Positions 1 to 8,680 are shown, counted from the stretch's first letter. The stretch is 19,190 bases of DNA from Octopus sinensis (GCF_006345805.1 NW_021824329.1:1-19190), one strand, 5' to 3'. A program made the numbers and translations. The notes: generated by a model from the letters alone, not told the origin.

Positions 1-250
1 ATATACACACACACACCCATATATATATATTTATATATACATACATACGTATATATATATACAATATAAATATATATAATATTGCATATATAGATGCGTA
101 TATGTATATATATATACACACACACAATATAAGTATATATATATGCATATATAGATACGTATATGTGCATACATACTTACATACATACATATATATATAT
201 ACAATATAAATATATATGCATATGTACATACGTATATGTACATATATACA
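1..250. repeat. Compound (AT)n/(AC)n microsatellite
   Basis: Alternating TA/CA dinucleotide tract; it generates the Y/I/M/C-rich ORFs 31..351, 163..558 and 216..539. Confidence 0.95.
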
Positions 251-450
251 TGCATATGTGGACACAGGACGTCACGAAACGTGTACAACTGAAAATACGA
301 AGCACGAGTACATGGAACATGAACTATTCTTTCGAACAACGAAAGACACAAATGGAGAACAATACAAACTACATAAAGGGGATAATCGAAATTCCTCTTT
401 TCTGTTACTACTATTACTACTACAATATATATATATATATATATATATAT

Positions 451-715
451 GGTGGTTGTCTACTCCTTATGCGGAGTTTGACCACCTCTTGTACCTATAC
501 CTTAGAACCATCATGGCATCTGATGTGTTTTTTTTTTAAAAATCAGACAATGTTCTGAAAAGACACCCACATAGATTGCACATCCGATCTGGATCACCAA
601 GAGCAGGAGTTTAGCTTTGATCTTTATGGGTCTTAAAATGTCTTTTGATGCCTCCGTTAGATTTGCTAACCTTCTGACATTCATTGCATTGAAAGGTGTG
701 CACATATAAGCAGAA
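451..715 (-). mobile_element. 3' end remnant of an RTE-like LINE: two degraded C2H2 zinc fingers, stop codon, short 3' tail abutting (TA)n
   Basis: A minus frame not listed in the ORF track reads FQCNECQKVSKSNGGIKRHFKTH (694-626), KDQS*, TPALGDPDRMCNLCGCLFRTLSDF, then a frameshift in the A10 run (537-528), then HIRCHDGSKV* (stop 497-495). A 44-nt tail ends at a (TA)n tract (425-450). The LINE assignment is inferred from this architecture. Confidence 0.7.
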
Positions 716-724
716 TAGTTGGTG

Positions 725-1008
725 GAGGTTCGTTTTCCATGGGTTCGCAAAGCTTTGGTCAGTCCAAGGTAATAGTAGAAGACACTACGCAATGGGACTG
801 AACCCAGAACCACGTGGTTGGGAAGCAAGCTTCATACCACATCGCCACGCCTGTAATGATTGGCTTCTTTCGGTTTCTATCTTCCAAGTCCACTCACATA
901 GCTTTGCTTGGCCCAGGGCTACAGCAGAAGACACTTGCCAAGGTATCACACAGTGGGACTGAAACCGGCACCATGTAGTTTGAAAGCAAACTTCTTATCA
1001 CACAGTGT
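725..1008 (-). mobile_element. Two adjacent 5' halves of tRNA-derived SINE family B (CORE-like)
   Basis: Both (about 725-855 and 860-1008) are reverse complements of the GGCGCAGGCGTGGCTGTGTGGTAAGAAG...GGTTCAGTCCCACTGCGTGGCACCTTGGGCAAGTGTCTTCT head best preserved at 16676. Confidence 0.8.
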
Positions 1009-1229
1009 TCCACTTAAAAGGCTACAAGTAGACACCAACAGGAAGACATGAGCAGGGAGAAAGTTCGAGAAGACCGAAGGTCTAAGCGGGAAGGAATGGT
1101 GTCTGAAAAATAACCAGATGGTCACGGCTGGCATACATTTGATCGGGCTTGGCACATTTTGTCATCGTCTTTATGACGTCGCTAGTTCAACGCTGAATTA
1201 TTTGAAATTCGACGTTTTAATGTGTTCTT

Positions 1230-2270
1230 TATTATCTCCCTTTTCTTCTCTGTGTATGTGTGTAGACACATTTCTAATTATGTATTTGAGGAGAGGGAAA
1301 ATGTTTATATCAATCGAGTTCAATTAATGAATCACAATATCTGTCTGTTTGCCTGTCCGTCCGTCCGTCTGTCTGTCTGCTCTCTGTTTATATGTGTGGG
1401 TATATTTCTCTTAAAGTGTTTGAAGAGAAGGAAGCGCTTCTCGGTCGTGTTTTATCTTTTATACTTCACTTCTTTCAGTAATTAGGCTGCGGCTATGCTG
1501 GGGCAACGCCTTGGAGAATTTTAGTCGAGCGAATCGACCCCAGTACTCATTCTTTCTTTTTTTAAGCCTGGTAGTTATTCCTACGGTCTCTTTTGCCGGA
1601 CTGCTAAGTTACAGAAACATAAACACACAAACACTAGCTGTCAGGCGGTGATGGGGGGCAACCACAGACACAAAGACATGCGCGCGCACATACACACATA
1701 TACGATGGGCTTTTAGTTTCCGTTTACCAAATCCACTCACATGGCTTTAGTCAGACTGAGGCTATTGTAGAAGACACTTGCCCAAGGTGCCACGCAGTGG
1801 GACTGAACCTGGAACTATGTGATTGGGAAGCAAGCTTCTTACCACCTTGTCACACCTGCATCATAATCGATTAATAAAGTGTAGCATTTGAATCTTCTCC
1901 ATTCTACCCCTTCTCTCTCTCCCTTCTCTCTCTCCATCTGTGTAAATATATTTCTCTTATGTATTTGAAAAGAAAGAAGCGTTTGTCAGTCACATTCAAT
2001 TAATAAGATGTAATGTCTGTCTCTTCCTCCCCCTCTCTCTATGTATGTGTATGGGGAGAGAGTAAGTGTTTATCTCAATCGTGTTCAATTAATAAATTGT
2101 AATCTCTCTCTCTATCTCTCTGTGTTTATGTACGTGGGAATATTTCTTCTTATGTGTCGGAGGCGAAGGAAAGTTTGTTAATTGTGTTCAATTATTAATT
2201 TTTAATGACCTTCGCTCTCTCTTTCCCCCTTTCTTCCTTACTCTATCTGTGTGTGCACATTTCTGCTCGT
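1230..2270. repeat. Degenerate ~90-110 bp tandem array with CT-rich spacers, split by a SINE
   Basis: Recurrent unit TGTG..ATATTTCTCTTATGTATTTGA..GAAAG..TTT..TCAATCGTGTTCAATTAAT; TTCAATTA recurs near 1319, 1996, 2085 and 2187; about 5-6 units. Confidence 0.7.
1485..1860 (-). mobile_element. Full composite SINE (B head + microsatellite hinge + C tail)
   Basis: Reverse complement of the 16676-17040 copy along its whole length. Confidence 0.85.
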
Positions 2271-2338
2271 ATGTGCATTCGTGCGTAGGCGTGTAGTGTG
2301 TTTGCCTCCAGTGCGAAAAAGTACTATCACCCAGATAG

Positions 2339-2396
2339 GATGAATGTTCAGGCAGCCGCGCCAAAATCTTCGATGCCGAAACAGCAGCGTCTCATC
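2339..2396 (+). ncRNA. Type I hammerhead-like fold with divergent 5' core
   Basis: GATGA [ATGTTCA] GGCA-19nt-TGCC GAAAC AGCAGC GTC TCATC. Stem I is 5 bp, stem II 4 bp and stem III AC/GU, with GAAA and the GUC triplet correctly placed; the 7-nt core matches CUGAUGA at only 4 of 7 positions. Confidence 0.3.
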
Positions 2397-2784
2397 GCCT
2401 AATTCTACTCGATCAAGGATGACATGGAGCTCAAGAACAACAACAGCAGTTAAATCATACTCCCAAGTTATTAGTCGAAGTAACAGCTATACTTTATTTT
2501 ATTGTCCCTCGAGTATAAGATATACAACGGACGTTGGCAGGATCTGATCTTCGGAAGTCGGAATGATGAAAGTTAATGCTGAAGCACATATAATTCGCCA
2601 TTCTACAGCCTCTCCTACCTGCCAACCACCCCCGAACTTTCTTCAAATGTAAACACACCGCCACCCGCGCCTCCTCCGCTCAAACTTCCTTTATACATAA
2701 ATAATAACAAATGCGATTATCGAAATGGCAACTAGAAAAACACTTTGCATGTAAAGTAGGGTAAACCTTGAGAGAAGTGAAAGT

Positions 2785-2802
2785 GTGTGTGTGAGTACGT
2801 GC

Positions 2803-2852
<50 letters not shown>

Positions 2853-3009
2853 TGTATAATTGCCTGTAAATATTTGTGTGTGTATATATATATATATACA
2901 CACACACAGTATAGACATGAAAAAACATACATTAGCATAGACATATCTGGAACATATACATACATTACAAATAGAAAAATTACCCCACTCTCTCTCTCTC
3001 TCTCTCCCT

Positions 3010-3051
<42 letters not shown>

Positions 3052-3057
3052 GTGTGT

Positions 3058-3099
<42 letters not shown>

Positions 3100-3100
3100 A
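2785..3100. repeat. Compound (TG)n/(TA)n/(CT)n/(GA)n microsatellites
   Basis: Direct inspection. Confidence 0.95.
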
Positions 3101-3499
3101 ACTCGCCCAATTAGTAAAGATATTGTCACAGATAAGAACATCCTCAATTACAGGTCACAAGTTACCACACACGTACACAAATACACACATACACAAATAC
3201 ACACACATACATACACAGACTTGAGAACATCAGCATAAAAGAAGGAAATTTAATTATCAATAATGAATTGGTATAAAACAAATATAAAAAAACAAACACT
3301 TTCTAAGATAAACAAAAAAAAACAACATAATATGAATAACTAAGAAAAAGAACAAACTTAAAACAAAAAAAACACGTATACAGACAAATTTAAAGGGCTA
3401 TGTGTTTGTGTGTGTGTTTGTATACATATATGTACGTATGCATAATGAAAATAAATAAATAAAACTTTGAGAAACTGAAAATTGTGTGTAAACATCGAA

Positions 3500-4030
3500 A
3501 TTTGATTTGGTGTACTGTGTGTGTATATATGTATATGCTTGTATATATATATATATATATATAGATATGTGTGTGTGTGTGTATATAGATATATATAATG
3601 TATATATATATATATATGTATATATGTGTGTGATATATATGTATATTATATATGTATATATGTTGTATATATATGTATATATATATGTATATATATGTAT
3701 ATATATAGGTATATATGTGTATCTATCCTATGTTTATATTATATCTATATATGTGTAATATACCATATGTATATATCTATATATATGTGTGTATATATAT
3801 AATCATATATATATATATCTATATATCTACCTATGTATATATATCATACATATATATATTATTACCATATATATATATATCATATATATATATATATATA
3901 TAATACCCTATGTAATATATATATATGTGTATATTATACATATGTGTCTATATATATGTGTGTGTGTGTGTATATATATATTGTGGGTATATATATTATA
4001 CACACACCACACACGCACATATATATATAC
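3500..4030. repeat. Long imperfect (TA)n/(TG)n tract
   Basis: Direct inspection; source of ORFs 3507..3758, 3715..3903, 3789..4049 and 3833..4090. Confidence 0.95.
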
Positions 4031-4079
4031 ATGCCGGCATCAGTTGTGATTGTAGCTGGTTTAATGAATAAAGTATATA

Positions 4080-4290
4080 GTCATTGCTGATGTTGAAAGA
4101 GGTGATGGCGACGGTAGTGGTGGTGGTGGTGACGATGGCAATGATGTCGACGCTGAAGCTGGCGTTGAGGGTGATGGTGATTATGGTGGTAGTAATGATG
4201 ATACTAAGGCTGCTGCTGATGGTGATACAGATGACAATGTTGATGGTGATGATGCTGCTGCTGAGGGTAGTGATAATATTTATTAGTGAC
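4080..4290. repeat. Imperfect (GAT/GGT/GCT)n trinucleotide tract
   Basis: Direct inspection; source of ORFs 4084..4302 and 3996..4385. Confidence 0.9.
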
Positions 4291-4704
4291 GTTGTGGTAT
4301 AGTTAGGTTTGTTGATTACCTTACAGCTGTAGTTTAACCACAGCCCAGCTATAACCAAGCTCACTTCCGGCCGTGACCTAGCCATCTTGCTTTCTATATT
4401 TTGAACTCCATAATCAAATATGTCCCTCTTTCTTTAAAATATTGTATAATATGGTTAGAGGAAAATTTAACTGTTGCTTTTAACAGATAGATCTATCACG
4501 TTGACGCTCCATCATTGGTGTTGGTCATTGTTTTTCTTGGTTAGATGCAAGTCAACCCTGATCGAACAAGCTTACAATCGAGAACATTCCAATCGTGGCC
4601 ATCCCATCTTTCAGCTATGTGTGTAGTGACTTCAGGGTCACACTATCCAAGGTGGTTTTATCATCAGGCCGCGGACTCGTATGGGGCCTTACAAATCGCT
4701 TAGT

Positions 4705-4955
4705 AACGGGCCGCACAGATCATTTGGTATCGGGCCGCACAGGTCATTTGGTACCGGGCCGCACAGGTCATTTGGTACCGGGCCGCACAGGTCATTTGGT
4801 ACCGGGCCGCACGGGTCATTTGGTACCGGGCCGCACGGGTCATTTGGTACCGGGCCGCACGGGTCATTTGGTACCGGGCCGCACGGATCATTTGGTACCG
4901 GGCCGCACGGATCATTTGGTAACGGGCCACACAGATCATTTGGTAATGGGCCGCA
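4705..4955 (+). repeat. 24-bp minisatellite (ACCGGGCCGCACRGRTCATTTGGT), 10 full units plus a partial unit
   Basis: Units start at 4705, 4729 ... 4921; a degenerate unit lies at 4681-4704. It explains four overlapping repetitive ORFs. Confidence 0.97.
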
Positions 4956-4976
4956 ATTTGTGTTTTGTTTTGTTTT

Positions 4977-5282
4977 GGCGCGTGGCTTAGTGATTAGGTG
5001 TATTCGGCTCACGATCGTAAGGTCGTGGGTTCGATTGCTGGCGGCGCGTTGAGTCCTTGAGCAAGACAGTTTATTCAACGTTGCTCCAGGTCAACTAAGC
5101 TGGCAGAAATGAGTTGTATCTGTAACCCAAAGGGTCAGCCTTGTCACATTCTGAATCTCCCTGAGAATCACGTTAAGGATTCGCGTGTATGTGAAATACT
5201 CTGCCTCAGTTAATATCACAAGTAGGCTGTTCTGTTGATCGGATCAACTTGAACTATCGTCGTCTTAACCGACGGAGTACCA
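4977..5282 (+). mobile_element. tRNA-derived SINE family E, copy 1, inserted in the hAT MITE
   Basis: A-box TGGCTTAGTGA, B-box GGTTCGATTGC, CORE-like GTCCTTGAGCAAGACA; the 3' ~170 bp is shared with 11237-11410. Confidence 0.85.
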
Positions 5283-5511
5283 GTTTTTCGCATGATCTTC
5301 CGGTCCGTGAAAAAAAAAAAGTCGTCCCGCTTGAAACCGATTCGAGGTGCAATGATGGTTAGGGACCGCCCGCTTGCAAAACAAACACTAAGAAGTGATT
5401 TGAAGGAGGTTTGGCTGCTATTTCTGGCAGTTTGAACAACCACTAAGAAGCTCTCTGGTTGCGGTGACGTTAGCAAATACGGAAACAGTCTTCTTATTAG
5501 ACTTGTTGCAA

Positions 5512-6170
5512 TGATAGTAGTAGTAGTGGTGGTGATGGTAGCAGTAGTAGTGGTAGTAGTGGTGGTAATGGTGTGGTGGTAATAATAATAGTGGTGGTGA
5601 TGGTAGTAGTAGTGGTGGAGGTGGTAGTAGTAATGGTGGTGGTAATAGTAGTAGTAGTGGTGCTGACGGTGGTAGTAGTAGTCGTGGTAATAGTAGTAGT
5701 AGTAGTAGAAGTGGCTGTGGTGATTGTCTGGAAGTAGGTGGTAGTAAAAGTAGTTGTCTTAAAGGTGGTGGCTATGGTGGTGGTAGTAGTAGTAGGAATA
5801 GTTGTGGTATTTATTCTGTAATAGTAGTAATAGCAGTAGTAGCCGTGTTATTCGTATTGCAGTTGTAGTAGTAGGAGCAGTAGTGATTGTAGTTTGGTAG
5901 TAGTTGTGGTGATTGTGATGGCAGTAGTACTGTGTGGTGGTTGCGATGTTTTAACGGTAGTAAACATAGTGGTTAGTAGTGGCTGAGATGGCAGTGTTGT
6001 AGTAGTAGTAGGTGTGGTTGTTTTCGTTGTAGGAGCTGCGGTGGTAGTGGTTGCTTTTGTGTACGAGCCGCCACGCGGTCAATGTTGTGGTGGTGGTGAA
6101 AAATGTGGTGTGGTGGTAGCGGTAGTAGTAGCAGCAGTGGGAGTGGTGGTGGCGTTAGTGTTATTGGTTG
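5512..6170. repeat. Imperfect (GTA/GTG)n trinucleotide low-complexity tract
   Basis: Direct inspection. Confidence 0.95.
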
Positions 6171-6429
6171 GAGTTCAGATTAAAATATGTTAATTTTTCT
6201 GAAGCTAAATAGACAAGTTGACTCGAACAGATATTTAAATGAATTAAAATATTGGATTAAAATAAATATTTAAATAAAACAGATATGGAAATTTATTTAG
6301 CGACAAAATAAATGAAAAACAAAATTAAATTAACAAATTAAATTAAAAATGTAAATGCAACAAAACAAAAACAAAATGAAGGCAAACACAAAACGAACGA
6401 ACGGTTAAAATTATAGCCTGTTTTATGAA

Positions 6430-6525
6430 ATGGTTCGTTGCTGTTGTTTAGTCCCAAATCAACATTGCTTGAACAGACTTACGATCAAAGACATTCTAAC
6501 CGTGACCGTCCTGTGTTTTTTATTA
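6430..6525 (+). repeat. Family D repeat fragment
   Basis: GATCAAAGACATTCTAACCGTGACCGTCC matches GGTCAAAGGTATTCCAGCCGTGATCATCC near 13805. Confidence 0.55.
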
Positions 6526-6565
6526 TGTACAGAAAACCAAGGGCTGCAATATCCGACGTATTTAC

Positions 6566-6748
6566 TTGTTTCAGTCATTAGATTGCAGCCATGCTGGGAC
6601 ACTGCCTTGAAGAATTTTTAATTGAATGAATCGACCCCAGTACGTTTCTTGAAATGACAAGCGACAAACCAGCACAGGATACCAAGCGTTCGACTAAAAT
6701 TCTTCAAAGCGGTACCCCAGCATGGCCGCAGTCAAATGTCTGAAACAA
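6566..6748. mobile_element. Inverted pair of SINE C tails forming a foldback
   Basis: 6566-6628 (minus copy) is the approximate reverse complement of 6687-6748 (plus copy), with a ~58-nt spacer. Confidence 0.85.
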
Positions 6749-6789
6749 AAGCTACATATGCATGCATATATATATGTGTGTGTGTGTGT

Positions 6790-6995
6790 GTGTGTTTGTG
6801 TCTGTTCCTCACTATACTGCTTCTCAATAGGTGTTGGTGTGTTTACGTTCCCGTAACTTAGCGGCTCGGCAAAAGGAACCCGATAGAATAATCACCAGGT
6901 ATTACAAGAAATAATAAGTACAGGGGTCTATTCGTTTCAGTAGAATTCTTCAGGCGCTGCCCCAGCATGGGCGTAGACTGAAACGAGTAAAAGAT
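6790..6995 (+). mobile_element. SINE C tail half
   Basis: GGTGTTGGTGTGTTTACGTTCCCGTAACTTAGCGG...CCCAGCATGG...ACTGAAACGAGTAAAAGA. Confidence 0.85.
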
Positions 6996-7291
6996 TTATA
7001 CACGCACGTATAGTATAAGTGTTTCTTTGTAGACTATTCATTTAGCTCTGTGACAGAATATAGTTTTACATTTTACCACTCAGGAGACATTAAATATTCT
7101 ATTCTCTCGCTCGCACACACATACAGAGTAAAAAGGTATTGAAGAACTTTACAAAGTACAGCCTAATTAATCTAATTGAGGCTTTTATTAGCTCTGGGTG
7201 GTCTACAACTAATTAGAACTTAGGCAAGGCTATGATCACTGTCTGTGTAAAATAAATAAACGGAATGAATAAAATATATTAAAAGAAAATC

Positions 7292-7838
7292 TTTTACTTG
7301 TTTCAGTCATAGGACTGCAGCCATGCTAGGGTATTAATTTGGAGAATTTTAATCGAATGAATCACCCTAGTATTTGTTTTTTTTTTCTAAGCCTGTTAAT
7401 TATGCTATCGGCCTCTTTTGCCGAACCGCTAAGTTACAGGGATGTGAACAATAACACCGGTGGTCAAGCGGTGGCGGGGAAAACACAGACACAAACACAC
7501 GCCATTTAACGTACATAGTATATAGTTACGAGATTGCCAATACTACATCTCCAACGCATGAAACTATTGGTAGCTTGTAACTGTATGTTGGGAACAATAA
7601 TATCTCTTACTGGATGGAGCACTTTTTTTATCCTACCCAAGCTCTCCCCCCCACATATATATATATATAGTGTGTGTGATGGGTTTCTCTCAGTTTCCAT
7701 TCACCAAATACAGTCATAAGGCTCTGGTCAGCTGAGGCTACAGAAGAAAACATTAGCCCAAGAAACCGCGCAGGGGTATTGAAACCGGAACAATGTGGTT
7801 GGGAAGCAAACTTCTTACCACACAGCCTCGCCTGCGCC
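7292..7838 (-). mobile_element. Composite SINE (B+C) with a ~150-bp foreign segment (7501-7652) in its hinge
   Basis: The C tail (7292-7500) and B head (7675-7838) are in the same orientation and separated by non-SINE sequence. Confidence 0.8.
7516..7590 (+). ncRNA. Candidate pre-miRNA-like hairpin
   Basis: 7516-7542 pairs with 7565-7590: 26 pairs (19 Watson-Crick, 7 G-U), one bulged A (7533), 22-nt loop and no mismatches on the + strand. Confidence 0.4.
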
Positions 7839-7935
7839 TATATCCACGAAAAATAAAATGCACCATAAAATAAATAGAAAAACTATTAGTTCTAAATCTC
7901 TGAACGAGAAACACACCAACAGTACTGTAGAGTAA

Positions 7936-8198
7936 TGTTTATTTGCCAACGTAAAGTGGTAATCCTGGTTAGGACGAATGTTACTGCTATTTAGCCCCAG
8001 GAAAAAAAATCTTTGGCAAAATACAAACATTGATTCATAGATATTGCTTTGAGCTGAGTGGGGACACTAGCTCCCTTGTTCGAAACTATAAAGACGCATT
8101 TAGTGCGTTGTTAGCCAGCTGGAGATTTTTTCCCCTGGGGTTAAATAGCAGTAACATTCATCCTAACTAGGACGGCTACTTTACGTTGGAAAATAAAC
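7936..8198. mobile_element. Long inverted repeat / MITE-like foldback (arms ~77 bp, spacer ~110 bp)
   Basis: TGTTTATTTGCCAACGTAAAGT...GTTACTGCTATTTAGCCCCAGG..AAAAATCT (7936-8012) is the reverse complement of 8123-8198 with about 10 differences. Confidence 0.8.
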
Positions 8199-8283
8199 AG
8201 TACCATAAAATGATCTTTCGTGTCGAATAATAAACGAAGAAGGAAATGAGGAAATCTTCTAACAACGCAGAGAAGTTGAGAAA

Positions 8284-8323
8284 CCTTTCTATATTTCAGG
8301 CGCAAAGGCCCATCTTCAGAAGG
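8284..8323 (-). ncRNA. Minimal type I hammerhead ribozyme motif (Penelope/retrozyme-type)
   Basis: The minus strand reads CCTT CTGAAGA T GGGC CTTTGC GCCT GAAA TATA GAAAGG, with a complete CUGANGA/GAAA/UH core and self-complementary AUAU in place of stem III. Confidence 0.55.
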
Positions 8324-8523
8324 ATACAGTCAAAGAAATGTGCGTCTATGTAGATCCTACCATTTGGATAGCCGAATAGGTAGTTTATCCCGTTTAGGTC
8401 TGGTGCTTGTTCTAGTAGTGTCAGTTTTTTAAATGTTGATGTTGTTAGTGCCATAGAGGTCACACTGGAGCTATAGGTTGGTGGCAGTGCTGTTAAAAGT
8501 GATCTTCTACATTAGTGATTCTC

Positions 8524-8630
8524 ATGACCCTTGGTCCAGATGACCCTTGGTCCAGATGACCTTGGTCCAGATGACCCTTGGTCCAGATGACCCTTGGTCC
8601 AGATGACCCTTGGTCCAGATGACCCTTGGG
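8524..8630. repeat. 16-bp minisatellite ATGACCCTTGGTCCAG, 6 units plus a partial unit
   Basis: Units start at 8524, 8540, 8556 (15 bp), 8571, 8587 and 8603, with a partial unit at 8619. Confidence 0.97.
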
Positions 8631-8680
8631 CGTTCATTTAAGATTTTGTAGCTAAAGTTTATGCGAAATATATTGTATTG

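Larger units (their letters stand above)
4648..5372 (+). mobile_element. Non-autonomous hAT (Charlie/MER1-like) MITE
   Basis: The right end CCGGTCCGTGAAAAA..GTC.TCC..TTGAAACCG...GGTGC....GGTTAGGGACCGCC and the left subterminal GGCCGCGGAC...TTAGTAACGGGCCGCACAG resemble MER1/Charlie3 ends (recalled, not searched). The left TIR is degraded (CAAGGTGGTTTT vs CGGGCGGTCCCT) and no 8-bp TSD is visible. Confidence 0.6.
4530..5462 (+). repeat. Interspersed repeat family D copy, split by the insertion at 4648-5372
   Basis: The left part contains CATCCCATCTTT (4600-4611) and the right part GTGATTTGA..CTGCTATTTCTGGCAG (from 5395). The same two motifs are contiguous in the copy at 13770-13950 (13829-13840 and 13890-13898). 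Confidence 0.65.

Noticed and set aside
250-400. A-rich repeat-like segment with GAAACGTG and AAGGGGATAATCGAAAT, considered as another hammerhead relic
   Set aside because: There is no CUGANGA and no consistent stems.
1020-1110. Possible RTE-LINE fragment (AGTAGACACCAACAGGAAGACATG, resembling a GRPRKTW-type coding segment)
   Set aside because: Too short and degraded to support a call.
2310-2455. Frame reading AKKYYHPDRMN..., reminiscent of the DnaJ HPD motif, after a possible acceptor TTTGCCTCCAG
   Set aside because: There is an extra residue before HPD, no helix III similarity, a stop after about 29 codons and no donor site.
1-4385. Many 60-140 aa ORFs rich in Y/I/C/V/M/H/T (also at 10277-11402 and 14620-14955)
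   Set aside because: They are translations of (TA)n, (TG)n, (CA)n and (GAT)n tracts, which lack stops in some frames.
4705-4955. CRISPR-like appearance of the 24-bp and 16-bp (8524-8630) arrays
   Set aside because: The units are head-to-tail with no unique spacers, there are no cas genes, and the context is eukaryotic.
4977-5045. tRNA-like heads of the SINEs (also 10547, 11589, 11910, 16676) as tRNA genes
   Set aside because: A/B boxes are present, but there is no complete cloverleaf or acceptor stem, and each continues directly into SINE body sequence.
4595-5078. Four overlapping ORFs with 8-aa repeats (VPGRTGHL, GTGPHGSF, CGPVPNDP)
   Set aside because: All arise from the 24-bp minisatellite inside a MITE; being open on both strands in several frames is a property of the unit.
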